A stretch of DNA of 64,000 nucleotides from contig JAXHMY010000003.1 in assembly GCA_034520965.1 (NCBI GenBank), forward strand, positions 320,001 through 384,000, read 5' to 3'. This DNA is from Spirochaetia bacterium. Lineage in GTDB: Bacteria; Spirochaetota; Spirochaetia; DSM-16054; Sediminispirochaetaceae. Positions 44,821-54,535 of the stretch are shown in pieces; position 1 is the stretch's first letter, and the number at the start of each line of letters is the position of its first letter. Under the pieces are notes generated by a model that did no database searches, was not told where the DNA came from, and saw only the letters and a list, made by a program, of their open reading frames with translations. The position numbers and the translations under genes were made by a program.

Positions 44821-45658
44821 TCAACCTTTTTCCGGCCGTCATGGCATCCTGTAAAAATTCCCTGTCGTTTTTATGCCCGCTGTGACGTATGGAACACTCC
44901 AGACACAGGGGTTTGCGGTACTCGGCAGCATCAAGAATTCTCATCACCCGCCGCCACTCAATATTCCCCCAAAACGGCGGGAGGTGATCATCCTTGTTGC
45001 CGAGGTTATCATGCAGATGCAAAGCCGCCAGGCGTCTCCCGCCGCCCTTCTCCGCCATTTCAACCACCTGCTCAAGTAAGTCTAATCCGTTCCCGGCCAT
45101 ATTCCCGTGCCCGGAGTCGTAGCAGATTCCCAGAAACTCAGGGGGATACTCCTCACACAAGGCAATCATGGCCTCCATATGCCCTGGGGTCGGCAAATTC
45201 TCAAGGGCAACCCTCACCCCGGCACTCCGCGCATCAGTTTCGAGCTCATCCAGCGATCTGCGGGCAGACTTCTTCCATTCATCCCCCGCTGCAACACGTC
45301 CCTCCGGCAAATGCAACACCACCGCATCTCCCCCCAGCTTCGCGGTCATTTCTATCCGGTTTTTTATCTGTCCTACTCCAGCCCGCCTGCGCAGTTCAAT
45401 CGGTGAACTCCAGTCGGAAAAAATTCCCACCGCCCCATGCAAATCGATCATGTCCAGTCCATGCCTCTCCAACATCTCCCCGATCCTTCGTACTTCCCGC
45501 GGCCGGTAGCGGTGCTCTCCCAGCCACTGATGGCACCAGTGCACGCCGGCAAATCCGGCCTGCCCTATCAGCTGCAAGTAGGGCTCGGGGTTGCCGATGG
45601 AGCGGGCATAGTCGGTGGTGATGGTTAGGTTAGGCATGGGGAAAGGATAAAGCAACAT
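44789..45658 (-). CDS. Sugar-phosphate isomerase/epimerase (xylose isomerase-like TIM barrel)
   Basis: VVLH, ALENL, CYDSGH, LHLHDN, DDHLPP..G.I.W. Confidence 0.85.
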   Translation of the reverse strand: MLLYPFPMPNLTITTDYARSIGNPEPYLQLIGQAGFAGVHWCHQWLGEHRYRPREVRRIGEMLERHGLDMIDLHGAVGIFSDWSSPIELRRRAGVGQIKNRIEMTAKLGGDAVVLHLPEGRVAAGDEWKKSARRSLDELETDARSAGVRVALENLPTPGHMEAMIALCEEYPPEFLGICYDSGHGNMAGNGLDLLEQVVEMAEKGGGRRLAALHLHDNLGNKDDHLPPFWGNIEWRRVMRILDAAEYRKPLCLECSIRHSGHKNDREFLQDAMTAGKRLIELRGVQSGG

Positions 45659-45821
45659 CCCCTCCCTGTCAAAACAGTTGTACGAAGCTTGGTGCTATTG
45701 CCGCAGCACTGCAGAAATGCCTTCTCCCACCCACTTCAATTGCGGTTTTACACAAATACATACCTTTATGCTGAACAAAAACCAAATAAAAATAGACAAC
45801 ACCAATCTTCGTGAAACTGAA

Positions 45822-45850
45822 TTGACAAAAGTTGGACAATCGTGTAAATT
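45822..45850 (+). promoter_or_regulatory. Sigma70-type promoter for tRNA-Leu
   Basis: TTGACA-N17-TAAATT. Confidence 0.6.
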
Positions 45851-45871
45851 TGCACTCGTTCAATTACACAC

Positions 45872-45956
45872 GCTGCAGTGGTGGAATTGGTAGACACGCT
45901 AGCTTGAGGGGCTAGTGGGCATTGCGCTCGTGAAGGTTCAAGTCCTTTCTGCAGCA
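45872..45956 (+). tRNA. tRNA-Leu(GAG)
   Basis: GCTGCAG/CTGCAGC acceptor, anticodon arm CTAGC-TTGAGGG-GCTAG, long variable arm. Confidence 0.94.
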
Positions 45957-45987
45957 CTATAATACATTATATTGTAAGAGATTATAG

Positions 45988-46016
45988 ACCACCCTTAAAT
46001 ATAGGGTGGTTTTTTA
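45988..46016 (+). terminator. Intrinsic terminator after tRNA-Leu
   Basis: ACCACCCT-TAAATAT-AGGGTGGT-TTTTT. Confidence 0.75.
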
Positions 46017-46170
46017 TTTTGAAAATTGGCATAAGTGTACCAAATTTGTACCATATTCATTATAAAAAGGCCTTATCTACTTAAAAAAGAGGTAACTATT
46101 ATTACTATCGATTACCTGATGAAACCAATTTTCACTCCACAGGGCAAACAACAAAGGCAAAAGCTGAGAA

Positions 46171-46400
46171 ATGGGACGAATGGGAAAGGCGATCAAGGCT
46201 CACCGAGGAAACTTGTCGGATTTTCTGTATACCCTACGTTACCGAAAGAAAGACGGATACGTATTTCCAGGAGAGACGAATGTATTCTATCTCCACGATG
46301 ATAAAGACGAGGTAAGCGGCTTTATCGGTCTCATACGAGACGTGAGCACCCGATTAGAAATTAAAAGAAAGCTTGAGGAGAGCAAGAAGAATCTCAGAAT
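46171..46400 (+). pseudogene. PAS/PAC domain fragment
   Basis: RYRKKDGYVFPGE..GFIGLIRDVS PAC motif with no intact gene around it. Confidence 0.55.
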
Positions 46401-46891
46401 ACCGCGACGATCAGTTTACCGGATCGCTAAAGACGGTAGTAGGACTCATGGTGCTGAAATATCTCAGCCGCCGGCTCGACGGGGAGGCGGCCCGGAGACT
46501 GGTCGAGACAATGTACAGGGAAGGTCCAGTGCCGCTTTATTTAAGGGAGTTCTACGACAAGTGCTACAGGGTGCTGTCTCAGGTGAAGGAGGAACAGGAG
46601 TACGAGCTGCTTCTTGGCAAACTGGTTAGAGCAGGCTATACTAAAGAGAAGGAGAGAGCGATGACATACGCAGAAGCTGCTGAAAAAAGAGGGATACAAA
46701 GAGGTATGGAAAGGGGAATACAAAAGGGCGAACACAACACCCTTATCCGGCTGCTCGACAGGAAATTCAGCCTCAGCGAGGAGGAGAAAGAGCTGGTCCA
46801 CAACACCGAAAAGCTCGAGAAGATAGAAGCAGCCCTCGACGAGTTAGTCTTCGCCGAGAGGAAAGAACAGGTCCTCGCGCATCTGAAGTAG
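46400..46891 (+). pseudogene. C-terminal remnant of an Rpn/DUF4351-like protein
   Basis: LMVLKY, MTYAE..RGIQRGMERGIQKG repeats, LIRLLDRKF; nuclease N-terminus absent. Confidence 0.7.
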
Positions 46892-46894
46892 TAG

Positions 46895-47020
46895 CCTCCC
46901 CCGCAGGGACACGGGTTGTTACGTCCTACTTTCTGCTGTGTGTGATACTCCTGTAATATAGAAGGATAAAAATACATCCGAACAATTGCAGCTCGGGTTT
47001 ACACAATATTGTTCGAGGAG
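46895..47020 (-). pseudogene. SEC-C motif protein remnant
   Basis: KVGRNNPCPCG and YCVNPSCNC fragments in different frames. Confidence 0.45.
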
Positions 47021-47213
47021 TTCTTCAGTTCTGCAATGATGATTCGGGTAGCTGATCGACGGCGGTGAACATTTTCTGCTGACGGTGTGCTTCATCGCTT
47101 GCAGCTTCCCAATATTTCCTGTCCTTTTCTGCAAGCTCAGAATTATTTCCAAATGAGATTTGTATTTTATTACTTCTGTCTATTCCACAATTATGCTTTA
47201 ATCAAATATATTT

Positions 47214-47510
47214 TTATACTTTTGGAAATCTAATGGACATGGATGTCCCGTTGGAAGAGTCTACTGTAAGTTCTCCATCTATCTGTCTGGCAAGAATATT
47301 AACCAAACTGAGCCCAAGGGAACCGGCATTTTCCATAGAGAAGTCTTCAGGCAACCCTTTCCCATTGTCCTCAACAGACAGTGCAATAAACCCATCATCA
47401 ATATTCTTTAGCATAATCAGAATTTTTCCCGTATCCATACCTTCAAAACCATGTTTTTGAGCATTGGTAATCAACTCATTCACAATAATACCACAGGGTA
47501 CTGCTTGAAT
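47214..47510 (-). pseudogene. C-terminal HATPase part of the IS-disrupted sensor kinase
   Basis: AVPCGIIVNELITNA, DNGKG, SLGL; joins 50109-52196 in frame when the IS is removed. Confidence 0.9.
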
Positions 47511-47703
47511 TGGAAAATCCGGCGCAAACCTGCCACCAATTCCGGATTTAATCTGCCGGGCATTCCGGTTTAAACCTGCCACCCATTCCGGGTTTAAACT
47601 GCCACTTTTTAGATGATTTCCGGAATCATTTACTGCTCTTCAATCGACCTCAAAAATAAGGCATGGTACCACCCTGAGAGCATGATCAACCAGGAGGAGT
47701 ACA

Positions 47704-49256
47704 TTGTCAAAAAAGAGGACGAGTATGAGCAAAATACGGGATATAATGCGGCTTACCGAAGCTTCGTTGAGCCAGCGGCAGATTTCAAACGCACTGAATA
47801 TCTCACGACCGGTAGTTGCAGACACTATTGAGAAAATTCGAGGTGCTGATCTAACCTACACGCAGATAAAATCATTGCCAGACTCTGAGCTGAGCCAGTA
47901 TCTTGCCACAGCCAGAAAGCCTTCCAGTAAATCGATGGAATTAAAGGAACAGTTTCCTTACTATGCAAAGGAGCTGAAAAAAACAGGTGTAACTCTTACG
48001 CATTTATGGGAAGAGTACCTGGCTCAGAATCCGGAGGGTCTTAAGTACACACAGTTTGCTACCATTTTCAGCAGTGGCGCAAGGATGAGAAACTCTCAAT
48101 GCATATCGAGCATAAGGCCGGCGATAAAATGTTTGTAGATTATACCGGGAAGAAGATGGTCCTCACCGATAGAAAAACCGGTAGGACCAGGGAAGTCGAA
48201 GTCTTCGTGGCTATTCTACCGGCAAGCCAACTGACTTATGCTGAAGCTTCCGAAAGTCAAACCCAGGAAGATTTTGTCCGATCAAATGAGCGAGCCCTCC
48301 GCTACATAGGAGGCGTTCCCGCCGCTATTGTTCCCGATAACTTGAAGGCGGGGGTACTCAAGGCAAGTAAATATGAGCCGGACCTTAACCCGATGTTTGC
48401 TGACTTTGCCGAACACTATCGGACAGCGATTCTCCCCGCCAGAGCTCGAAAACCAAAAGACAAAGCCCATGTCGAAAACGCGGTAAAAATTATCTATCAA
48501 CGGGTGTTTGCCCCACTCCGTAGTAAAACCTTTTACACCATCGAAGAGCTCAATTTCGCGATCAAGGACCGGCTCGATGACCATAATAACCGAAAGCTGA
48601 CAAAAATGACAGTTTCTCGGCGTGAACTCTTCGAAGAAGTCGAAAAGAGTGAGCTTATAACCTTGCCAGTCCATCCGTATCCCATCAAACATTTCCAGCC
48701 GAATAGCCTTGTTCAGTTCAATTACCACGTGGAGCTCAAGGAAGACAACAATTACTATAGTGTCCCTTATATTCTGAAGGGACAACGAGTAAAACTCATC
48801 TACGATGAGAGGAGCGTCTCAATATACCATAACAATATCCGCATAGCCCTTCATAAAAGAAGCCGTCGCCGCAGTAAATACACCACAGTGAGAGAGCATA
48901 TGCCAAAGAAACACCGATTTGATGAGAAGTGGAATCCAGAGAAGCTGAAGTGGTGGGCTGGGAATGTTGGCAATGATACTCTGCGGGCGATTACCCATAT
49001 TCTTGAATCCAAATCTCATCCGGAGCAGGCTTATAAATCCTGTATGGGCATACTATCTCAGGCAACAACACATGGTCATGAGATCCTTAATATGGCCTGC
49101 CGAATAGCCTGCAACGCAGAACGGATACACTACGGTTTTATTTCAAAGGAGGTTGAAAAACTTAAAAAACAGTACCAACAGGAGGAGGAGCAGAAACAGT
49201 ACAGTCTGCTTCCCGCCATTCACGAAAATGTTCGTGGTGAAAAATATTATAAGTAG
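47704..49256 (+). CDS. istA: IS21 transposase IstA; split by a -1 indel near 48056
   Basis: HTH N-terminus, H.AGDKMFVDY, VPDNLK, KPKDKAHVE, YYSVP. Confidence 0.92.
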
Positions 49257-49265
49257 GAGACGAAG

Positions 49266-50006
49266 ATGAACAACAATCAAGCAACAATTTCCAAATTGCA
49301 TGACATGCGTATGCATGGTATGGCAAGGGCCTTTCAGACGACTCTTGAAGCGGGAATGCAATCCCAATTTACTCTGGATGAGCTCTTATCACATCTTGTC
49401 GATGCAGAGTGGGATGACCGCCATTTTCGCAAACGTGAGCGGCTTCGTAAAGCAGCAAACTTTCGGTATCAGGCTTCTTTCGAGGAGCTTGATTTCACAC
49501 TTAATCGCAATCTTGATAAAAATCAGATTCTCAGGTTCTCCGACTGCGGATGGGTTAAGGAGCACCGTGATATTCTTATCACAGGACCGACTGGTGTTGG
49601 TAAAAGCTTTATCGGAAGTGCTCTTGGGAACCAGGCCTGCGATCACGGATATAGGGTTTACTACCAGATTGCGGGGCGTTTATTGGGCTCATTGAAAGCG
49701 GCAAAGAAAGACGGATCGTATCTCAAGACTCTACCTAAGATTCTAAAAAATGATGTTCTAATTTTGGAAGACTTCGGCCTCAGCCCTTTTGATGAAGAGG
49801 GCCGTCTGGCTCTACTCGATATTCTGGAAGATCGACACGGGCGTAAATCTACTATCTTCCTCTCTCAGCTTCCCGTTGCTTCATGGCATGGGGTTATCGG
49901 AGACTCTACCATTGCCGATGCCATTATGGATCGAATTGTCTATGATTCCTTCAGAATCGAACTTCAGGGAGAGTCTATTCGAAAGAAAATGTACCGGAAT
50001 AAGTAG
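49266..50006 (+). CDS. istB: IS21 helper ATPase IstB
   Basis: GPTGVGKS, LILEDFG, SQLP, ADAIMDRI, GESIRK. Confidence 0.95.
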   Translation: MNNNQATISKLHDMRMHGMARAFQTTLEAGMQSQFTLDELLSHLVDAEWDDRHFRKRERLRKAANFRYQASFEELDFTLNRNLDKNQILRFSDCGWVKEHRDILITGPTGVGKSFIGSALGNQACDHGYRVYYQIAGRLLGSLKAAKKDGSYLKTLPKILKNDVLILEDFGLSPFDEEGRLALLDILEDRHGRKSTIFLSQLPVASWHGVIGDSTIADAIMDRIVYDSFRIELQGESIRKKMYRNK

Positions 50007-50108
50007 CACAAACCTGCCACCTCAGGTTATTATATCAGCAGGTCGATTGAGGGACACAAAGTGGCAGGATTGAACCGGAATCAGTGGCAGTTATAACCGG
50101 AATATCCA

Positions 50109-52196
50109 TTGAATAATATCAACAGATACAGGGTCTAAATCAAAATGATACTCGATATCTGTATATCCTTCTATACTATACTTCAGTTGTCCCGCCAAAG
50201 TTTGTATATACTGATCGAGGTCTATTTCAGATAGTTTATCCGATTTATACAGACTCTCATGTACGAGTGCCATAGAATAAATCCGCTTTTGGCTTGCTTG
50301 AAATGCCTCTATTGCTTTTTCTACGCTGTCTACCTCATCTTCCTGGAGTTTCAGAAGGCTTACAATTACATTTAAAATGTTTTTTACTCTGTGGTGAACC
50401 TCGGTGAGTAATGTTTGCTTTTCTTTCACAGCACCTTGAAGCCTAATGTTCGATTCTTCTATCTTCTTCTGATACGCATCGTTATCCATAATGAGGGTAA
50501 GAAAGTTTGCGTATTCCTCTAAAATGTGAATCTCGTGATCAGACCAAGCCGTTGGGGCAGACGAATCAAAACATAGCAAGCCTCGAATTTCATCCCTGAG
50601 GGGTATGGAAACGTCCAGTACCGCATGAGTATTTCCCTCCTTCATAGCCCCCTTCAACGGCTGAATTTTTGAATCATCTTCTACGTTCCCGATTCTGGTT
50701 ACTCTGTTTGTCTGCAGGGAATACAGATATTCTTTTGCAGGTTTTACGTCTGCTTCTAAACCTGTTAAGTCAGGCATATTCTCCGGCTGCACCGAATATT
50801 TTACTGCAAGATTTCCATCTATATCGATTGTAGAGTAGGCGGCCCTATATTGAGGGAATAATGAGTGTAGCTGCTCTATTGCTTCATGGATGATGGGCTC
50901 ATAGCCCTGCCGGGACAAATACTTTGCAGCGAGTTCGTTGAGCAGTTCTTTACTCAGTGTGTTCTCTCGTATAGTCTTTTCGTGTACTTTTCTCTCACTC
51001 ACATCACGTATAATACCTACATATCCAACAACATTCTTTCTCTTATCATAAAGATTCAGTGCAGTTAATTCCGCCGAAAATACTCTTCCATCTTTTTTCC
51101 TGAAAGATAACTCTAAAGCAGTAGTATTGTTGAGGTCTTTTGTATGTAAAAGCTCATTCCCTGCTTTTTCATAGTAATTAAATGATTCATATAATATTTC
51201 AGTACTCTCACCCGTCAATTCTGAAGGATCATAGCCAAACATCCTTTTTAGCGCCCGTTGGTTGATATCTACGATCGTTCTTTCACTATCTGTTACTACT
51301 ATTACATCTCTGATGCTGTTGAACAGGTTTTCATATCTCTCCTGCTGTTGTTTTGATCTCTCGGATACTGAAGAAAACTTCCGGGCAAACAAAACGATAC
51401 TTATAACTACAAGAATCGCTATGAAAAGTGTAATTAGAGAAAAAAGAAGATATTCATCTCGGTATGCCTTACTCCATCCCCCCAGAGGTATGGCAGCTAC
51501 AGACCATGACTCGTGTGCTATTGAAATGGGTATAATTATCGGGTTCTCTCTAAAAACTGAACTCTCACCCCATACTATTCTATCCTCTGAATCTTTTAGG
51601 GCTATGAGGAGATTCGCTGTTTTATCCAATCCGCTCTCCTCATATATATGCGGCATATCGATTACTATTGTCACTAATCCCCAAAACGTATCATCCTCGA
51701 AAACCGCTTTTCTTGCGATTATCCCCTCTCCGCCTTGCCTGAGTTCATAGGGACCACTTATCTCAATTTCTCCGCTTTCTATTGTCTTTTGGATGTCTTT
51801 CCTGACCTCCTCTCGTGAATCCTGCAACAGGTTATGCCCTTCAACTACTTCATTTCTTGTGTGAGGATATACATATTTTTGTATACCCTCAGGGGCTATC
51901 GACAGATTGCGAATACCATTTTTTATGGTATAGATGTCTTTTGCGTATGAGCCGAAGTGCGTACGTATTTCATCTTCATTAAGAGTGTGGGCGAAGCTAT
52001 AAAGTCCTTCGAGTAATGCAAATCGCTCTTTTAAGGGTGAACAAAACGACTGTGCGTACGGCAAGGTTTTATTCTTTATACCAAGCCTTACCTCCTCTTT
52101 AACACGGGAGTAATGCCAGTTGTTTATAATGACCCAACCGCTTAAAGCAACAATAATGACCGCCACAATAAACAGGACAAATTTTCTACTCATCAT
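50109..52196 (-). pseudogene. CHASE-PAS-GAF-HisKA_2 sensor kinase, N-terminal part, interrupted by IS21
   Basis: TM, CHASE (GPYELRQGG, FWG), TM, PAS, GAF, EVHHRVKN. Confidence 0.88.
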
Positions 52197-52614
52197 AACC
52201 TCTCACCCGGGCAGTTATTTTTTCACATAATGCTCTTAGCTCATCCGGATTTACCGGTTTTGCCAGATAATAATCAAATAATGAATTGATCTCTTCCTCA
52301 TCGAATACCGACTGATCATATGCACTCATGTATACCAGAACAATGTGAGGGGTAGTATTTTTTCTTATATTACGTGCGAGCTCAACCCCATCAATTTCAC
52401 CCTTGACCTTGATATCAAGAAACACAATATCCGGGCTGTTTTCATCTACCATCTCAAGCGCTTCAGCTCCTTCTGAGGCCTCGAATAAATTTTCGTATCC
52501 CATTTTCATCATATTTCTTTTAATAAACATTCGTATCAAAATGTCGTCTTCTACCAGTAGCACCTTCATATCATTGCCCCATTTTCTGTTTCGCCGTCTA
52601 CAATACTTTTCCAT
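52186..52614 (-). CDS. Single-domain response regulator
   Basis: LLVEDD, FLDI, SA, KP; real start probably MKVLL near 52569. Confidence 0.88.
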   Translation of the reverse strand: MEKYCRRRNRKWGNDMKVLLVEDDILIRMFIKRNMMKMGYENLFEASEGAEALEMVDENSPDIVFLDIKVKGEIDGVELARNIRKNTTPHIVLVYMSAYDQSVFDEEEINSLFDYYLAKPVNPDELRALCEKITARVRGYDE

Positions 52615-52626
52615 AATACATAAAAT

Positions 52627-53907
52627 TTAGAATAAAACGACATCACCTTCAAAATCTTCACTTTGCGATGAGGTACCTTCTGAGTTGTTATCTTGTGGTC
52701 TTTCATATCCAAACTCATCATGCTCTTCATCGGTAGTAAAGTAACGAGCGGCTCTCTCTACCATTGTCTCTTTGATGCTCTCTTGTTCATTTTTACTTAC
52801 TTTATAATAGATAGAGGCAGTCTTCCGGGCTTCCTGTCCCATTTCATCGAGAAACTGTATGAGGTGCGTAATGATTTGTTGAATACGGTCTTGATACTGG
52901 AGCTCCTTTGCCATCCCATCTACATTCTCATGAATCTCTGATGAAAGATTGCTGGAAGAACTAACGACTGCCGAAAGACTGTCAATTTGCGGAGCAAGTT
53001 TTTCAATTAGAATCGAATGCATATCTCCGCTCTTTTTAAGACTCTTCACCGCCGAGCCAATTCTCTCTTCATACAGACTGATTGAGCTGCTGATCGCCTT
53101 ACTTGCCTCTGCAATCGTTGAGGTAATCTGCTCTGCGATACTCATTGTCGTTTTTGACAGCTCCTGTATTTCATTACCGATAACTGCAAAGCCCTTCCCC
53201 AACTCCCCTGCACGAGCAGCTTCTATCGAGGCGTTTATTGCCAAAATGTTCGTCCTGTCGGCAATATCATCTATAGAAACAGTGAACTCCTCGACGGACT
53301 TCATGTACGACTCTATGGTTTTCATCTCTTTGGAATATCCATCTCGTATCCCGGTAAACTCCTCTATGAGTACTGTGATCTTCTCTTGTTCTTCCTCTAT
53401 AAGCTGTACATCGTTTTTCAGCCCCTCTTCATCAGCAGACAGCCCTCCTATGACCTTTTGAATCGTTGCATTGAGCTCTTCACTCAACTCCAGGATGCGA
53501 TATACCCTATTGGTAAGATCCAATGTTGCATCTTCGGTCTTCTCTTTCACAATAGAAGTGAGTCTTCTTCCGATCTCCCCTCCAGTCGAGACACAATGGC
53601 ACTGGCGGCTCAATGCCTCTATTGCAGATGAGCTATCTGATTGTTCCTGATTTTGCTCTCTGCTTCTCTCTTCAACCTGCCGCTTTTCATCCTCTATAGC
53701 TTCGTATTTTTCTCGCAAAACGCGGTTTTCCTCTCGTAGCTCTTTTAACTCCCCATTCAACTTCGACTGTTTTTTATTTGAATATATCACCCCTATGATA
53801 CCCACCAACGATGCAAAAATGAGTATGAAGGACGAGAGTAGGGAGCTAAAGAATATAAGTGAGGTTCCTGTACATATGAGAAAAGCGGCGATTATCGTTA
53901 TATACAT
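52627..53907 (-). CDS. Methyl-accepting chemotaxis-like protein (short signalling domain)
   Basis: [38 protein letters not shown] end, N-terminal TMs. Confidence 0.85.
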   Translation of the reverse strand: MYITIIAAFLICTGTSLIFFSSLLSSFILIFASLVGIIGVIYSNKKQSKLNGELKELREENRVLREKYEAIEDEKRQVEERSREQNQEQSDSSSAIEALSRQCHCVSTGGEIGRRLTSIVKEKTEDATLDLTNRVYRILELSEELNATIQKVIGGLSADEEGLKNDVQLIEEEQEKITVLIEEFTGIRDGYSKEMKTIESYMKSVEEFTVSIDDIADRTNILAINASIEAARAGELGKGFAVIGNEIQELSKTTMSIAEQITSTIAEASKAISSSISLYEERIGSAVKSLKKSGDMHSILIEKLAPQIDSLSAVVSSSSNLSSEIHENVDGMAKELQYQDRIQQIITHLIQFLDEMGQEARKTASIYYKVSKNEQESIKETMVERAARYFTTDEEHDEFGYERPQDNNSEGTSSQSEDFEGDVVLF

Positions 53908-53984
53908 GACAACTATTCCTTAATATGAGAAAAGGCGGAGAACTCTCTGGAGAAGTCCCCCGCCTATTGGGTTATGTGAATAGT

Positions 53985-54497
53985 CTAATTCACTCCTGCT
54001 TGAATACTCTCTATCTCTTCTTTCCCCACAAGCTTTTCCATATCGAGCAATATAATGACCTGATCGTCTATTTTACCCAAACCGGCAATGTACTTGTTCT
54101 TCTCCCCGCTTTCCTGAAAACTCGGCGGAGGGTCAATGTTCTTCTCGGGAATATCCTGCACCTCCGTGGCCGTGTCTACTATAAAGCCTATAGAGAAGTC
54201 TTTGATCTTTACCACAGTAATTACCGTGCGGTCGTCGTACTCCTTCGACTCCAGTCCAAAACGAAGCCGCATATCGATTACCGGTATTACGTTGCCCCGC
54301 AGATTGATAACCCCCTTTACATATTCTGGCATATCCGGCACTTCCGTTATCTTCTGCAGCTCTATTATGTCGGTCACGTGCTGGATATCGATCCCATAGT
54401 ACTCGTTGCCGATTCTGCACATGAGAAACTTGTTCTCCTGTATCTCGTCGTCGGTCTCGTCAAAAAAATCACTGTCCTGCATTTCATTTTTGCTCAT
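53985..54497 (-). CDS. cheW: Chemotaxis coupling protein CheW
   Basis: YGIDI..V.DII, VP..PEYVKGVINLRG.VIPVID. Confidence 0.93.
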   Translation of the reverse strand: MSKNEMQDSDFFDETDDEIQENKFLMCRIGNEYYGIDIQHVTDIIELQKITEVPDMPEYVKGVINLRGNVIPVIDMRLRFGLESKEYDDRTVITVVKIKDFSIGFIVDTATEVQDIPEKNIDPPPSFQESGEKNKYIAGLGKIDDQVIILLDMEKLVGKEEIESIQAGVN

Positions 54498-54535
54498 ATC
54501 TGCCTCCAGTGTCCCTCTTCTTTGTTAAAATCATC

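Larger units (their letters stand above)
47511..50108 (+). mobile_element. IS21-family insertion sequence (2598 bp)
   Basis: TG...CA ends, imperfect IR TGGAAAATCCGG / CCGGAATATCCA, repeated CTGCCAC motifs at both ends, TTGAAT TSD at 47505-47510 and 50109-50114, istA and istB. Confidence 0.95.

Noticed and set aside
41242..45628. Numerous long overlapping or antisense ORFs
   Set aside because: Shadow ORFs caused by the high GC and C-skew; low-complexity Pro/Arg-rich translations with no motifs
46141..46200. c-di-GMP-I riboswitch-like words (GGCAAA...GAAA..GGGACG); similar words at 63564-63601
   Set aside because: No pairing P2/P3 stems or GNRA hairpin could be formed
47511..47610. Short repeats (CTGCCAC, TTCCGG) resembling a mini-CRISPR array
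   Set aside because: They are the transposase-binding repeats of the IS21 end; no unique spacers and no cas genes
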